The notes: generated by a model not told the origin, from the sequence alone. A stretch of 64,000 nt of DNA from Octopus vulgaris (GCA_951406725.2 OX597837.1:36332001-36396000); one strand, 5' to 3'. Positions 27,511 to 42,271 are shown, numbered from the stretch's first letter. Made by a program: numbers and translations.

Positions 27511-28133
27511 CCGTCAGAGATAAACATATGTTATCGCTCGGTTGAGTCACACCCCGGACACTATCAACACTAACACCAACACCACCACCACTTGATTTTT
27601 TGGTACCTCGGGTACCTCGGGTACCCTTAAGGGAGGAGATTACTTCTTCTTCTTCTTCTTCTTTTTCTCCTTCCTCTTTTTCTCCTTCTTCTTCTCCTCC
27701 TTCTTTTCTTCTTCTTCTTCTTCTTCTTCTTCTTCTTCTTCTTCTTCTTCTTCTTCTCCTCCTCCTCCTCCTTCTCCTTCTCCATTTTCTCCTTCTTTCT
27801 CTCCTCCATCTTCTCCTTCTTTTTCTCCTTCTTCTTCTTCTTCTTCTTCTTCTTCACCATCATCATCATCATCGTCATGACCATCATCATCGTCATCATC
27901 ATCATCATTATCATCATCATCATCATCGTTGTCATCATCATCATCATCATCATGGATATTGCAAGGGAGGAGATTGTAAGCAAAGAGGTCAAGTCTCCTG
28001 TTTGAGGAAAACACTTCTTCCTTCCGTTTCCACATCTCTTTCTCCCTCTCTCCATCCCACTAAACACTATATTGCCCACATACACACACACAAACAGAAA
28101 TAGACACACACACACACACAACACACACACACA

Positions 28134-28177
<44 letters not shown>

Positions 28178-28514
28178 CACACTCAAGAAAAACACAAAGG
28201 CATACACACACACTAATAGACACATAAACACAGTTTCTTTCTTCCTCTCTCTCTCTCTCTCTCTCTCACTCTCTCTCTCTCTCTCTCTCACTTTCTCTCT
28301 CTCTCTCACAAACACACACATACCAAGAAACACACACACACTCACTGACAAAAATACACACGCTCTCACGCGTAATAATCGAAAAAAAAATGTGAGAAAA
28401 AAGTATTTTTTTGGATGAAGAGGAGAAAAATATGAAACGGGAAATAGAATTTTTATTAAAATTCAAAATTGCAAACTAACAAAGCATAGATAAGTGTATT
28501 ACGTAATAACAGTG

Positions 28515-28746
28515 ACGTCGTCATCAGCATCATCACAATCACCATCATCATCATCATCATCATCATCGTCATCAACATTATCATCATCATCATCATCATC
28601 ATCGTCATCAACATTATCATCATCATCGTCATCATCGTCATCATCATCATCAACATTATCATCATCATCATCATCGTCATCAACATAATCATCATCATCA
28701 TCATCGTCATCGTCATCATCGTAATCATCATCATCAACATTATCAT

Positions 28747-28777
<31 letters not shown>

Positions 28778-29069
28778 ATCATCATCATCATCATCATCGT
28801 CATCAACATAATCATCATCATCATCATCATCATCGTCATCATCGTCATCATCATCATCATCGTCATCATCGTCATCATCGTCATCATCGTCATCAACATA
28901 ATCATCATCATCATCATCATCATCGTCATCATCGTCATCATCGTCATCATCGTCATCAACATAATCATCATCATCATCATCATCATCGTCATCATCGTCA
29001 TCATCATCATCATCGTCATCAACAGTATCATCATCATCATCATCATCATCGTCATCATCGTCATCATCG

Positions 29070-29113
<44 letters not shown>

Positions 29114-29339
29114 GTCATCATCATCATCATCATCATCATCATTCTTATCGGTGTCGTCGTCGTCGTCGCTGACATTGTCATCTTGGCATGGATAGTCATC
29201 GGTAACCACCGCCGTCGTCGTGATGCATTCGTGATCGTCGCTACGAATATCTTTAGCACCAGTGTCACTATAAGCATGGTAATGGTGGTGGTGGTGGTGG
29301 TGGTGATGGTGATGATGATGATGGTGATGGTGATGATGG

Positions 29340-29398
<59 letters not shown>

Positions 29399-29536
29399 GT
29401 GATGATTATGATGATGATGATGATCATGATGACGATGATTATGATGATGATGGTGATGACGATTATGATGATGATGGTAAAGAAGAAGAAGAAGAAGAAG
29501 AAGAAGAAGAAGAAGATGATGATGATGATGATGATA

Positions 29537-29567
<31 letters not shown>

Positions 29568-29700
29568 CGACGATGATGATTAGGATCATGATGATAATGA
29601 TGATGATGATAATTATGATGATGGTGATGACGATTATGTTGATGATGGTAAAGAAGAAGAAGAAGAAGAAGAAGATGATGATGATGATGATGATGATGAA
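28515..29700. repeat. (CAT)n block, 140-bp unique spacer, then complementary (GAT)n block
   Basis: Directly visible; higher-order CGTCATCAACAT units in the left block. Confidence 0.85.
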
Positions 29701-30504
29701 AATTATGAGGGTCATCCTCATCACCATCATCATCAGCACCAGCACCAGCACCAGCAGCCGTAGCAGCAGTAGTAGTAGCAGCAGCAGTGGCAGCAGCATT
29801 TATTTCTAAGTCTAACTTTTTTTTTCATGTTTATACTTTTTTCACCAACGAAACATCGTTATCATCACTACCAGTAACATCATCATCATCATCATCATCA
29901 CCACCACCATCACCACCACCACCACCACCACCGCCGCCGCCGCCATCATCGTCATCATTATCATAACCCTTATCATCATCATCATCATTATCCTATTTGC
30001 TATTTTCAAATCTCTCTCTCTCCCTCTTTCTGCCTTCGTCTTTCTTTCATTCAGTGATGCTTCTTTCTTTTCCCTCTTTCTCTCTTCCTTTCTCTGTTTG
30101 TTTGTTTCTTTCTTTCTTTCCCTCCTTCATAATTCCTCCAAATTTCCACAGAAGATCCAAAAGAAATTAGTCTAACTCTCCTTCTGACAAAATAAATAAC
30201 TAAATAAACAACCAAATAAATAAATAAATAAAAATACAAAAACAAAATTAGAAACAAAAACAAACAATAAAAAAAGCGAAATAATTTGGTAACATCTTTA
30301 TAGAATCATTCCACATCAATTCCATTATTTCACCAATTTTCCTCTCCTTTTGTTTTTTCATCGCTCTTTTTTTTTACATCGTTTTAAATCTGTTTTTGAT
30401 GTGTTTTTTTTTCCTTCGTCTATTACATTTTTAGAAAGAGATTTTGCAGTAAAAGACGTGAGCTAAGGTAGAACGATGTTCTGCGATTCTTCATTAGTTC
30501 TTTC

Positions 30505-30582
<78 letters not shown>

Positions 30583-30599
30583 CATTATTATTATCATCA

Positions 30600-30657
<58 letters not shown>

Positions 30658-30737
30658 CATCAATATTATCATCATCATCATCATTATTATCATTGTTATT
30701 ATTATTATTATTATCATCATTACTATTATTATTATTA

Positions 30738-30801
<64 letters not shown>

Positions 30802-30827
30802 CATTATTATTATTATTATCATCATCA

Positions 30828-30894
<67 letters not shown>

Positions 30895-31301
30895 GCGCCA
30901 AGACACTGTAAAACAAATTCAATTCCAGAAGAATCTGTATGAAACATTTCTTTAAATTGAACCGTTTACAGCACATTATATAATAAGAATCTTCTGGAAG
31001 GAAAAAAGAAAGGAAAAGATAAAGATAAAAAACAGAGAAAGAACAAGAAAAAGAAAAGAAAAAAAAACGAAACGAAACGAAAAAGCGTGAAAACAAAATG
31101 GTGTAAAAGTGTCATTATAACAAAACAAGCGATAAGAAAAGTTTCTAAAATTAAAATAAAAAACGCGAAAAAAAAATCCGTAAAGAACAAGTTAAAGCTG
31201 TCATCCATAACAAACCGTGATAAGAAGATGCTTTAAAAGCCGTTAAGGAGCCATCTTATGAACGCATCCGGATGAGGAAATTTCTAAAAATGTCATAAAG
31301 C

Positions 31302-31372
<71 letters not shown>

Positions 31373-31407
31373 GTTATTATTATTACTATTATTATTATTA
31401 CTATTAC

Positions 31408-31452
<45 letters not shown>

Positions 31453-31569
31453 TTTTTATTTCTTCTTTCAAATTTGCTTCCATTTCTTGCCGAGTGACTT
31501 CCCGACTCCTAGGGCAAAGAAACTCATAGTATACATTGGTAGGCCATTAAACCAAACTCAATAGTTCGT

Positions 31570-31661
<92 letters not shown>

Positions 31662-31691
31662 CATTATTATTATTATTATTATTATTATTAA

Positions 31692-32260
31692 GGAGGCGAG
31701 CTGGTAGAAACGTTAGCACGCCGGGCGAAATGCATAGCCGTATTTCGTCTGCTGTTACGTTCTGAGTTCAAATTCCGCCGAGGTTGACTTTCGGGGTCGA
31801 TAAATTATGTACCAGTTACGCACTAGGGTCGATATAATCGACTTGATCCGTTTGCCTGTCCTTGTTTGTCCCCTCTGTGTTTAGCCCCTTGTGGGTAGTA
31901 AAGAAATAGGTATATTGTCTGAAATAGGTATATTGTTCTGAGTTCAAATTCCGCCGAGGTCGACTTTGCCTTTCATCCTTTCGGGGTCGATAAATTAAGT
32001 ACCAGTTACGTACTGGGGTCGATATAATTGACTTGATCCGTTTGTCTGTCCTTGTTTGTCCCTTCTGTGTTTAGCCCCTTGTAGGTAGTAAAGAAATAGG
32101 TATTTCGTCTGCCGATACGTTCTGAGTTCAAATTCCGCCGAGGTCGACTTTGCCTTTCATCCTTTCGGGATAAAATTAGTACCAGTTACACACTGGAGTC
32201 GATGTTAATGACTTAATACCGTCTCCCAAAATTTCAGGCCTTGTGTTTCCAGTAAAAATT
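31692..32260 (+). mobile_element. Family A SINE concatemer (one head plus two headless repeats)
   Basis: Units restart after AAAGAAATA|GGTAT at ~31909 and 32099. Confidence 0.9.
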
Positions 32261-32269
32261 ATTTTTTCT

Positions 32270-32897
32270 TTTCCTTCTTTCTTCAAATTTTCTTCCATTT
32301 CTCGCCGAGTGTTTCCCGTAATACCTAGGGCAGAGAAGCTCATTGTATGCATTCCCAGATTACACACGCAAATTCACAGGTAAAATATGTATTAAAACAA
32401 ATTAATAAATAAATAAATTCATGAATGGATGCTGTTTTCACAGTGATAGTGCTCTTCTCAGTACATGAGTCGTTCCAGTTAACACGATTTTTTGCACTTC
32501 CTGTAGGTATGGTAAGCCTGGTATCATTTCCAAATAGGTTTCAGTACCTTTTTTTATCATTCCTAGAAATCCTACTGTACTGTAGTCGCCTTGAGATGCC
32601 ACATTTTTTCATTTCTATTAGCAGGTCTTTATATTTACTGATCTTGTGGAATTCTTTCGCCGTTATATTGTGATCGCAAGGAATACTCATGTCAATTAAT
32701 AAACACACCTTTTTTGTCAGATCTTTTATAATAATACCCGGTTTATTAGCTTTTATAGTCTTGTCGGTATGTACGGGGAAGTCCCAGAGAATCGACACAT
32801 TTTCTCCCTCAGTCACAGCTTCAGCAGTTTTGATTTTATAATGCCGACATATTGTCCAGTGTAAATACTGGCCGACTTTGTCATGTCTTGCTTTTTT
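32270..32897 (-). pseudogene. Second Dong/R4-like LINE family, 3' fragment (REL endonuclease)
   Basis: RHDKVGQYLHWTIC..ILWDFPVHTDKTIKANKPGIII..LLIDMSIP..KYKDL..MW..GMIKKG..IPG..EVQKIVLTGTTHVLRRALSL*; 5' end abuts (AAT)n. A related 3' UTR scrap lies at ~31460-31570. Confidence 0.9.
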
Positions 32898-32899
32898 AA

Positions 32900-32953
<54 letters not shown>

Positions 32954-32978
32954 TATTATTATTATTATTATCATTATT

Positions 32979-33013
<35 letters not shown>

Positions 33014-33087
33014 CATTATTATTATTATCATTATCGTTATTATTATTATTATTATTATCATTATCGTTATTATTATTATTATTAAAA

Positions 33088-33136
<49 letters not shown>

Positions 33137-33177
33137 TATTATCATTATCATTATTATCATTATTATTATTATTATCA

Positions 33178-33214
<37 letters not shown>

Positions 33215-33279
33215 CAATATCATTATTATTATTATCATTATTATTATTATTATTATCACTATCATCATCATTATTATTA

Positions 33280-33311
<32 letters not shown>

Positions 33312-33360
33312 GTTGTTGTTATTTTTATTATTATTATTATTACTATTATTATCATTATCC

Positions 33361-33413
<53 letters not shown>

Positions 33414-33432
33414 ACTTTTATTATTATTATTA

Positions 33433-33848
33433 AAGCGGTGAGCTTGCAGAAACGTTAGCACGCCGGGCGAAATGCGTAGCCGTATTTCGTCTGCCGCTAC
33501 GTTCTGAGTTCAAATTCCGTCGAGGTTGACTTTACCTTTCATCCTTTCGGGGTCGATTAAATAAGTACCAGTTACGCACTGGGGTCTTTATAAGCGACTT
33601 AATCCGTTTGTCTGTCCTTGTTTGTCCTCTCTATGTTTAGCCCCTTGTTGGTAGTAAAGAAATAGGTATTTCGTCTGCCACTACATTCTGAGTTCCAATT
33701 CCGCCGAGGTCGACTTTGCCTTTCATCCTTTCGGGGTCGATTAAATAAGTACCAGTTACGCACTGGGGTTAATATAATCGACTTAATCCTTTTGTCTGTC
33801 CTTGTTTGTCCCCTGTTTGTAGCCCCTTGTGGGCAGTAAAGAAATAAG
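33433..33848 (+). mobile_element. Family A SINE dimer
   Basis: The second unit starts at GGTATTTCGTCTGCC (33665). Confidence 0.9.
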
Positions 33849-34516
33849 ACAGTCATGAGCGCTTTGTAAAATGGCGAAATATTATTATCGTAATTTAAAA
33901 TAATACTTGATGTAGATGTGTTGGTTTGTTGATGTCTCCATTCACGCTTTACATCGAATAGGGAGAGGGAAAGAGAGAGAGTGAAAGAGAGATACTGAGA
34001 GAGTTGACGTGAGAAATTTAAGTCGATAGAGAAATATTGAAACCGGTACAGATGATAAAATTTACGTAGCCGATGGACGCCTAATGCATGGTACATACTT
34101 AGAGCCACACTCATACTCACACTCATACTCACACACAAACACACACACACACCACCACCACCACCACTACAAACAACACCACCACCCGCATCATAAACAG
34201 TTGTCCGAAAATGTCATCACGTGTACGTAGATACATACAAAAATACCTTGTCGTTGATGTTGAAATTCTTATGTAAGAGACTTGGATCTAGGTTAGAAAC
34301 CGGCTCTTTCTCTCTTGGCAAGAACTCTTGAAATAAAACTAAACAATGATATGCATACACACGCATACACGTGCTCACATTCACCCAATTTCCTGCCCAT
34401 GACACACACCTGTTCAGAGATACAATTCCAGTTTAAGGCGAAGGATATATTTGAAATACATAGAAAGAAAGGAGAGAGACAAACCTGAAGATAAACAGAT
34501 AGATAGATAGATAGAC

Positions 34517-34685
<169 letters not shown>

Positions 34686-34854
34686 TTCAGGTACATATAT
34701 TAAATGCCAACAATTAAAAAAGGTAAATGTCAGATGGAGGGGGTGGTTACCAGTTAAACTAGTCAGATTTCTTAATAAGGAACTATTTAATAAGGGGGGG
34801 ATATAAGTAGAGATAAACGTGTAAACGTGTAGGAGGGTTAGACAAAAAGATAGG

Positions 34855-34898
<44 letters not shown>

Positions 34899-35195
34899 CA
34901 GACATACAGAGTTAGATAGACAGACAGACAGACAGATAGACAGACATTCAAACAGAGAGCCAGATTCATAGATTCATGACCCAGAATATAAATAACTTGC
35001 ATCGTTATTCAACTTACCTTTTTCTCCCTCACTCCCCTCCCCCCCCACACACACACACGCACACACATACGTGTGCAGGCGGGGGAATATCAACTTTTCC
35101 CCTACTTATACATAATTATCGGCAATTTCCTCCATTACGAAAAACTAATATGGCAGTTTCTTGTACTTTGGTTCATATCTGTAACTGCAAATGTG

Positions 35196-35271
<76 letters not shown>

Positions 35272-35373
35272 ATATATATATATATATACATACATACATA
35301 TATATATTTACATATATATACACATATATTATGTGTGTGTATGTATATATATAAATATATATATATATACATA

Positions 35374-35414
<41 letters not shown>

Positions 35415-35479
35415 ATATATTATGCATATATATATATATATGCATACATACATATATATATGCATATATATATTATGTG

Positions 35480-35571
<92 letters not shown>

Positions 35572-35933
35572 GCGTGTGTATGTGTGCGTGTCTCTGTTTC
35601 TGTGTCTGCGATGTATTTCTTTGTTTTTGTGGGTAACTATGTCTATATGTGTAGATATGTGTATACATGCGCGCGCGCGCGGTGCGTGCGTGTTTTTTTT
35701 GTGTGTGATGGATGTAAACCTTCCTTGTCATATTTTCGTTAATTGACTTACGCTCTTTATATGTCTCATTTTTTTATATATATATATATTTCCCTTTGTT
35801 GTTTTTCGATATGCTATCTTCCGTCTTCCACACATGAACGTACATACGTATACATAATTAGATACACACACACAAGTATATATGTATATATATATATCAA
35901 TATATACGCGTATGTTTGTATAATCATATGTGA

Positions 35934-35980
<47 letters not shown>

Positions 35981-36025
35981 CATGTATGTATGTGAGTGTG
36001 TATGTATATATTCATACATTTACGT

Positions 36026-36084
<59 letters not shown>

Positions 36085-36729
36085 AGAAGAAATAACGTAT
36101 TCAGAAATCTTGATGGTTTTATATTTACAAATTTTTATTTATTTATATGTCACATGATTTTTATAAATTATTTATTAGCGCTTGCATCCACTTTAGTGGA
36201 TTCTTCAGATTTGAATTTTTTTTTAGGAGATTCGTCTCTTTTCATAGTATCATTGAGTGTGTAGGGGTGGAGAGAGATATAGGATAGTAAAAGAGGGTGA
36301 GAAATGGGGAAAAAGTGAGAGAGAGTGCGTGTGTGTGTGTGCCTTTGTATCTGAAAGGTGTGTCAACAGAAAAGAAAAGGAAAGAAAGAAGGAAGAGAGA
36401 AAGAAGAAGAAATGTGTTTACATCTATACAGCTGGTCAGTTCTTTCAATAGAAAATGATCTTGGCCTTTAAAAATGGCAAATCCAGGTGGCTACTTCAAG
36501 GGGCGTTTTCTCCTTTTGATAAAAGTTATTTTTAAAATAATTGTCTGGATTTCTTTTTATCATTGTCCAGTGAGAGAGAGTGTGTGTGTTTGTGTTTGTG
36601 TGTGTGTGTGTGTGTGTGTGCGTGTGTGTATCTGAAAGGAGTGTCAATGGAAAAGAGAAGGAAAGAAAGAAGGAAGAGAGAAAGAAGAAAAATGTATTTA
36701 CATATACATATATAAATATGTGTGTCTGT

Positions 36730-36832
<103 letters not shown>

Positions 36833-37000
36833 TTATAATTGAGGGTACACGAAATACCAGCGTTGCTAGAACTGAGAGTCGAAAAATACTCAAATAAGCT
36901 ACCACTTTAGTGAAAATTCAACAGGCCGACGAAAATCGAGGAACGAGTAAAATTTAACTTACCATTGCGGTTGAAAGTCGCAAATGGGGATCACAGATAT

Positions 37001-37057
37001 ATCTGTATCGCGTGATTTCGAACATTGAGATATTTCCCTTAGTTCTCATCAGTAGGA
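37001..37057 (-). ncRNA. Hammerhead ribozyme core
   Basis: CUGAUGA GAAC-18nt-GUUC GAA AUC-acgc-GAU A: canonical core with G-C closing stem II and a 3-bp stem III; stem I is poorly paired. Confidence 0.55.
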
Positions 37058-37338
37058 CTCACCGCTGCCAAAGGTTAAACTTATACTCGGTTCGTCTGCC
37101 TGTCTAAATCGTTGAAATATTAGCGCCAAATTCAAATGAGATCAGTCTTTGATTATGCATAAAGATATTACTCTTATTATTGATAAATAATAACAACAAT
37201 AGTATTGGTGGCCATCAAGCATTAAAGGCCAAAAAGAAAAATTTATAAATTTATAATTAATTATTAACGATAAATTAATGAGTTTGCCATTTATAATTAA
37301 TTATTAATTATAAATTTAACAATTTGCCATTTTGGCTT

Positions 37339-37453
<115 letters not shown>

Positions 37454-37538
37454 TACATATATATATACATATATATAATATATATATACATATATATATA
37501 TATATACATATATATATACATATGTACATATATATATA

Positions 37539-37583
<45 letters not shown>

Positions 37584-37584
37584 T

Positions 37585-37686
<102 letters not shown>

Positions 37687-37924
37687 CGTGATATTGAACT
37701 GTATGTATAAAACATTTTTGATATGTAGTGATGATAAGCATTTGATTACTAATTTAAAACAGAATAACCAGGAGCATTGACACGATTTGATCCTCGTCAA
37801 TGCAGAACAGAGTTGGGCCGCTAGCTCACTAAATTCCAGGAACATAAACAAACCAACAGCGGTTGCCAAGGTGCCACACAAACACAAGGTTACACACACA
37901 TCTATCTATCTATCTATCTATTAG

Positions 37925-38190
37925 ACACCCTTCGGTCATGGACGACCATCGGATTTCATCTAGAATGTTCCCCTCCGAGCAAGGTTGTTTATGGAAGACC
38001 AGCAGTCACCCATGCATACCAAGCTCCCGTCTCCACGCCACCGATGTTATTCAAGGGAAAGGCAAAGGGGTCGATACAGCTTGGCACCAGTTACATCACA
38101 ACTCATTTCTACAGCTGGGTGAACTGGAGCAACGTGAAAATAAAGTGTCTTGCTGGAGAACACAACAATGCCTGGTCTGGGAATCGAACT
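37925..38190 (-). mobile_element. Family C SINE
   Basis: Reverse-complement match to 61930-62205. Confidence 0.85.
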
Positions 38191-38342
38191 GAAGTGCACT
38201 TATACTGCTGTTTGAGACAGGAAGCCAAGTCTCTTCTGTGGAGTGGTCAACAAACTTGAAAAGTTCCGTGAGAAAAATCTTCCGCTCTTTTCCCAAAACG
38301 GTTATGGATTTAACTCTGTGTGTGTGTGTGTATACAATATAC

Positions 38343-38384
<42 letters not shown>

Positions 38385-39402
38385 TACATATATATGTATA
38401 TATATACCTATATGTACCTATATATGTATATATCACATGCACACACCAAATATATTGAATACATACACAGACAGACGCACACACACACACGCATGCATGC
38501 ACACACACACACGCATGCATGCACACACACGCATGCATGCACACACACACACACACACACACGCACGCACACACACACCTATGAAGTTTCTATGTGGGGG
38601 GTTTTCTGCCGAGATATCTTTATGTGAATCTGTGAGGCAAGAAATGTCAACGGGAAGGAAAAGATCATCAAGTTCCGAAATAAAACGTAAAGTGTGGCGG
38701 GGGGGGTGAGGGAAGAAAGTACGAAAGAAAAGAAAGAAAGGAAGGAAGAAAGGAGAAAGAAATGAGTGAAGGAAGGAGGAAGAAGATGAAGATGAAGAAC
38801 AGGAAAAATCAAGGAGAAAAATTTTGAACGATGGAAGTAGAAAAAGGCTAAGATTGTCCCGGGAAAGATAACGTATCTTAGAAAAGAAATGAACATAGCA
38901 AATAGGTGAGAATCGATTTGAAATAATAGGACGAGAGAAAGAGAGAAAGAGTAAAAGAGGAAAGAGATAGATAGATAGAGAGAGGGAGAGAGAGATGGAG
39001 AGATAGACAGAGAAAGAAGGAGGGAAAAAGAGACAAAGAAGAGAGAGAACGAATCAATGTTGTACGATGCCCAGTTTGATAAAAAGAGTTGTAGAGTTTA
39101 AAAGGTGTAAAACGGTAAAACAATAAAGAAGCAGAAATGGTTAAGTGGTGGTGGTGGTGGTGGTGGTGGTGGTGGTGGTGGTGGTGGTGGTGGTGGTGGT
39201 GGTGGTGGTGGTGGTGGTGGTGGCGGCGGTGGCGGCGGCGGAAAGTATATCGTTATATTGATTGCTACAATGTTACTTCCGTTGAAACCGGAAACACTGT
39301 ATTCCCCATATCAGTGCAAGACACCATTAAACCGGATTCCATGGACACATGGAAATCGACGGCCATCTCGTTGATAGTGGCGATAGTTGTTGTTAGTGAT
39401 GT

Positions 39403-39440
<38 letters not shown>

Positions 39441-39704
39441 ATGGTGGTATGTACTAGTGTTTCTCTTTTTGTTCTCGGCTAATGGATATCGTTGTTGATG
39501 TAATTGTTAATCATGTCGATTTTATTCACTTTGGTGTTGTTGTTGTTGTTGTTGTTGTTGATGTTGCTGCTGCTACTGCTGCTGCTGTTACGTTCTTCTT
39601 CTTTAACACCAGACTATTCCCGGTCCAACAGCAAAATCATGATCACAGGCGTTTCAGCCGACGCCATCTTGTTTCTTATTTAGCCGTACACACACACACA
39701 CACA

Positions 39705-39745
<41 letters not shown>

Positions 39746-39843
39746 ACACAAACACACACACATGTATGTATTTGTTTATATATAAAATTACAAATGACAG
39801 AAATAGTGTGATGAAATCTTATTTTAACAATAAGAAAATCCTA

Positions 39844-40474
39844 ATGTCACGACAAATTGTTTCGTAACTTAAAGCACGTAAATAATTTGTTATTATATTT
39901 AATAATAAATAAATTACTTACACGTTTGCATTAATGCAAAATGCAAAAAATCTTCCAAAATAATGGAGAATTTAAGCTACCTCCTCAGGTGGAAGAAAAT
40001 CATTGTTAAATAACAAATTCTCGGCGTAGGTTTTTAAGAATGCAAAGTCAATATTCAAAAGATTATGGAAGACAATAATAATAAAAATAATATGAAATAA
40101 TAAAACGGTTGTCTAATAATTGAAAGGGAATTTTAGAAATATAATTGAAAAGTAACTGGCAGATATTATTAGTACAATAAAAGAAAAGGAATATATTTAT
40201 TGCTAAAAATCTAGAAATTAAAAGATCGTAAAAACAGAAAAAATATGAAGAAGAAGCTGGAACGAAATAAAAGCATTTAGAGACAATATTTACGAAATAT
40301 AGGTATTGATATCAATAAGAGAAATATTAACAATATTAAATTTTAACAATTTAGAAATTCAAAGATATCAGTAAATATCTAAAATTTAAGTAAGTAATTA
40401 AATATCGTAATATAACTTTAACGTAATATAACTTACCTACATGCTTTAAGTTACGAAACATTCTGTTGTGATAT
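39844..40474. mobile_element. Fold-back element (~50-bp arms) with a long-loop hammerhead on the minus strand (39848-39991)
   Basis: Arms 39844-39895 and 40422-40474; cac CUGAGGA G GUAGCUUAAA-~97nt-UUUAAGUUAC GAA ACA-auu-UGU C gug. Confidence 0.7.
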
Positions 40475-40816
40475 GTACGAGTGTTTCTCTTTTTGTTCTC
40501 GGCTAATGGCTAACGTTGTAGGTGTAATTGTTAAACATGTCGATGTTATTCCCTTTAGTGTTGTTGTCGTTGTTGTTGTTGTTTTTGCTGTTGTTATTGT
40601 TGTTTTTGTTATTGTTTTCCCCTTTATCGTGTATGTATATATATATATATATCCTATATGTTTTCTAGGATGATACATCAAGGAGCGTTTTTATGAGTAT
40701 TACAGGATTATTGTATTCCTGGATGGTTCAAAATTGTACAAAAATGAGGTGGACAAAAACAGGTGAGGGAATAACAAATAAAGTGTATTAGTTTGACGCT
40801 CGAGAAAAGGTGAAGT

Positions 40817-40852
40817 CTTTGGCGTTTCAAGCCTACGCTCTTCTACAGAAAG
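40817..40852 (-). ncRNA. Hammerhead-like motif, variant core (CUGUAGA), decayed
   Basis: cuuu CUGUAGA A GAGC-guag-GCUU GAAA CG CC aaag. Confidence 0.4.
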
Positions 40853-40951
40853 GAATAAGGGAAGAAAACGAAGACAGAAAAAACGTGTCCGGATCAACAG
40901 TTTTGTATCGAATACACTCACACACACACATATATATATATATTTGTTTAT

Positions 40952-40996
<45 letters not shown>

Positions 40997-40999
40997 TAA

Positions 41000-41240
41000 T
41001 ATAATAATATGAGAACAAAAGAATGAATGAGACCTCGATATTATGTAAATAGAAGAATTTATCTATAAATATAATATAGGACAATCAGTTAGTTGTCATA
41101 ATAAAAATCAGAGTTTCGGATGTCGGGGTTGAAGCCTGCTCCGGCATCTCATCAGTGATTAATACAAAAACGTTTTTGTCTTAATAACTGATGAGATGCC
41201 GGAGCAGACTTCAGACTTCAGACTTGATTTTTATTATTCT
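41000..41240. mobile_element. Fold-back repeat with inverted hammerhead motifs (family shared with 59520-59855)
   Basis: Minus: CUGAUGA GAUGCCGG..CCGACAUC C GAAA CUCUGA; plus (41182-41213): uaauaa CUGAUGA GAUGCCGGAGC. Confidence 0.7.
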
Positions 41241-41476
41241 CGGTACATGTCTTGAGATTGACACACAAACACACTGAAAGGTTCATATTGGAGCTTCCGG
41301 CGCGAATATCAAGCAGTACATCATGTCGTTTCCAAATTTCTGGCCGGTAGATTGCGTCATGTTGCTATTTTTCTCATAGACGGTGCCCAACAGACCCTAC
41401 TACACTCTTTATTCGATAATGCTCATGCATGAAACATGAAATATAAAATGGCGATAATTTACCCATCGCACCACCC

Positions 41477-41553
<77 letters not shown>

Positions 41554-41811
41554 TAAAATAAGAATTCTGACAGAATCAGGTAGTTGAAAAGATATGCACC
41601 AGGTAGGATTGGATAAACCTGTGGTTCCGGCTTATGCTTGGTAAATATCAAATAGAATATTCCGGTTGTATGAACAGACAAAACCAACTTTATGAGTATT
41701 TAGCGCCTAAAGGGCTGGTCTAAAATACGCGCTACGTGGAATAGTATGCTCTTGCTATAGTCTAGGGTGTCCGGCAAGTCGAGCATTCCCTTAGTGTATT
41801 ATAGTGTATTA

Positions 41812-42150
41812 TAATCAAATGAATAATAAAAAACGATGGATAATTTTCAGCTCATTACAGCTGTTTCATACAGATTTTTTAATAGAAGAATGAGAACATT
41901 ACTTCGTAACAAAAAACCGTAATCATAAGATCTAGCTGAACTCATGGATGCGGCTGAAGTCTGTCATTGTTAACTGCGACAGAGTTCAGCCACGCCTCTG
42001 CTTTATTCTTGAGATATTCTTTTGTTGAGAATATTATGATTGCGGCTTTTTTGTAATGGAGTAATGTTCGCGTTCTTCTATCAAAAAAAAAATGCGTAAG
42101 AAACAGGTGTAATGACCTGACAATTATCCATCGCCTATTATTATTCATTT

Positions 42151-42154
<4 letters not shown>
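41812..42154. mobile_element. Fold-back element with ~95-bp diverged arms containing GAAACAGCTGTA (hammerhead 3' half)
   Basis: 41812-41905 is the approximate reverse complement of 42057-42154. Confidence 0.65.
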
Positions 42155-42213
<59 letters not shown>

Positions 42214-42271
42214 GGATGTGAAGCCATTGATCAAGACGCGTTACGTTTTTCTTCGTTTTCTTTCCTCATTC

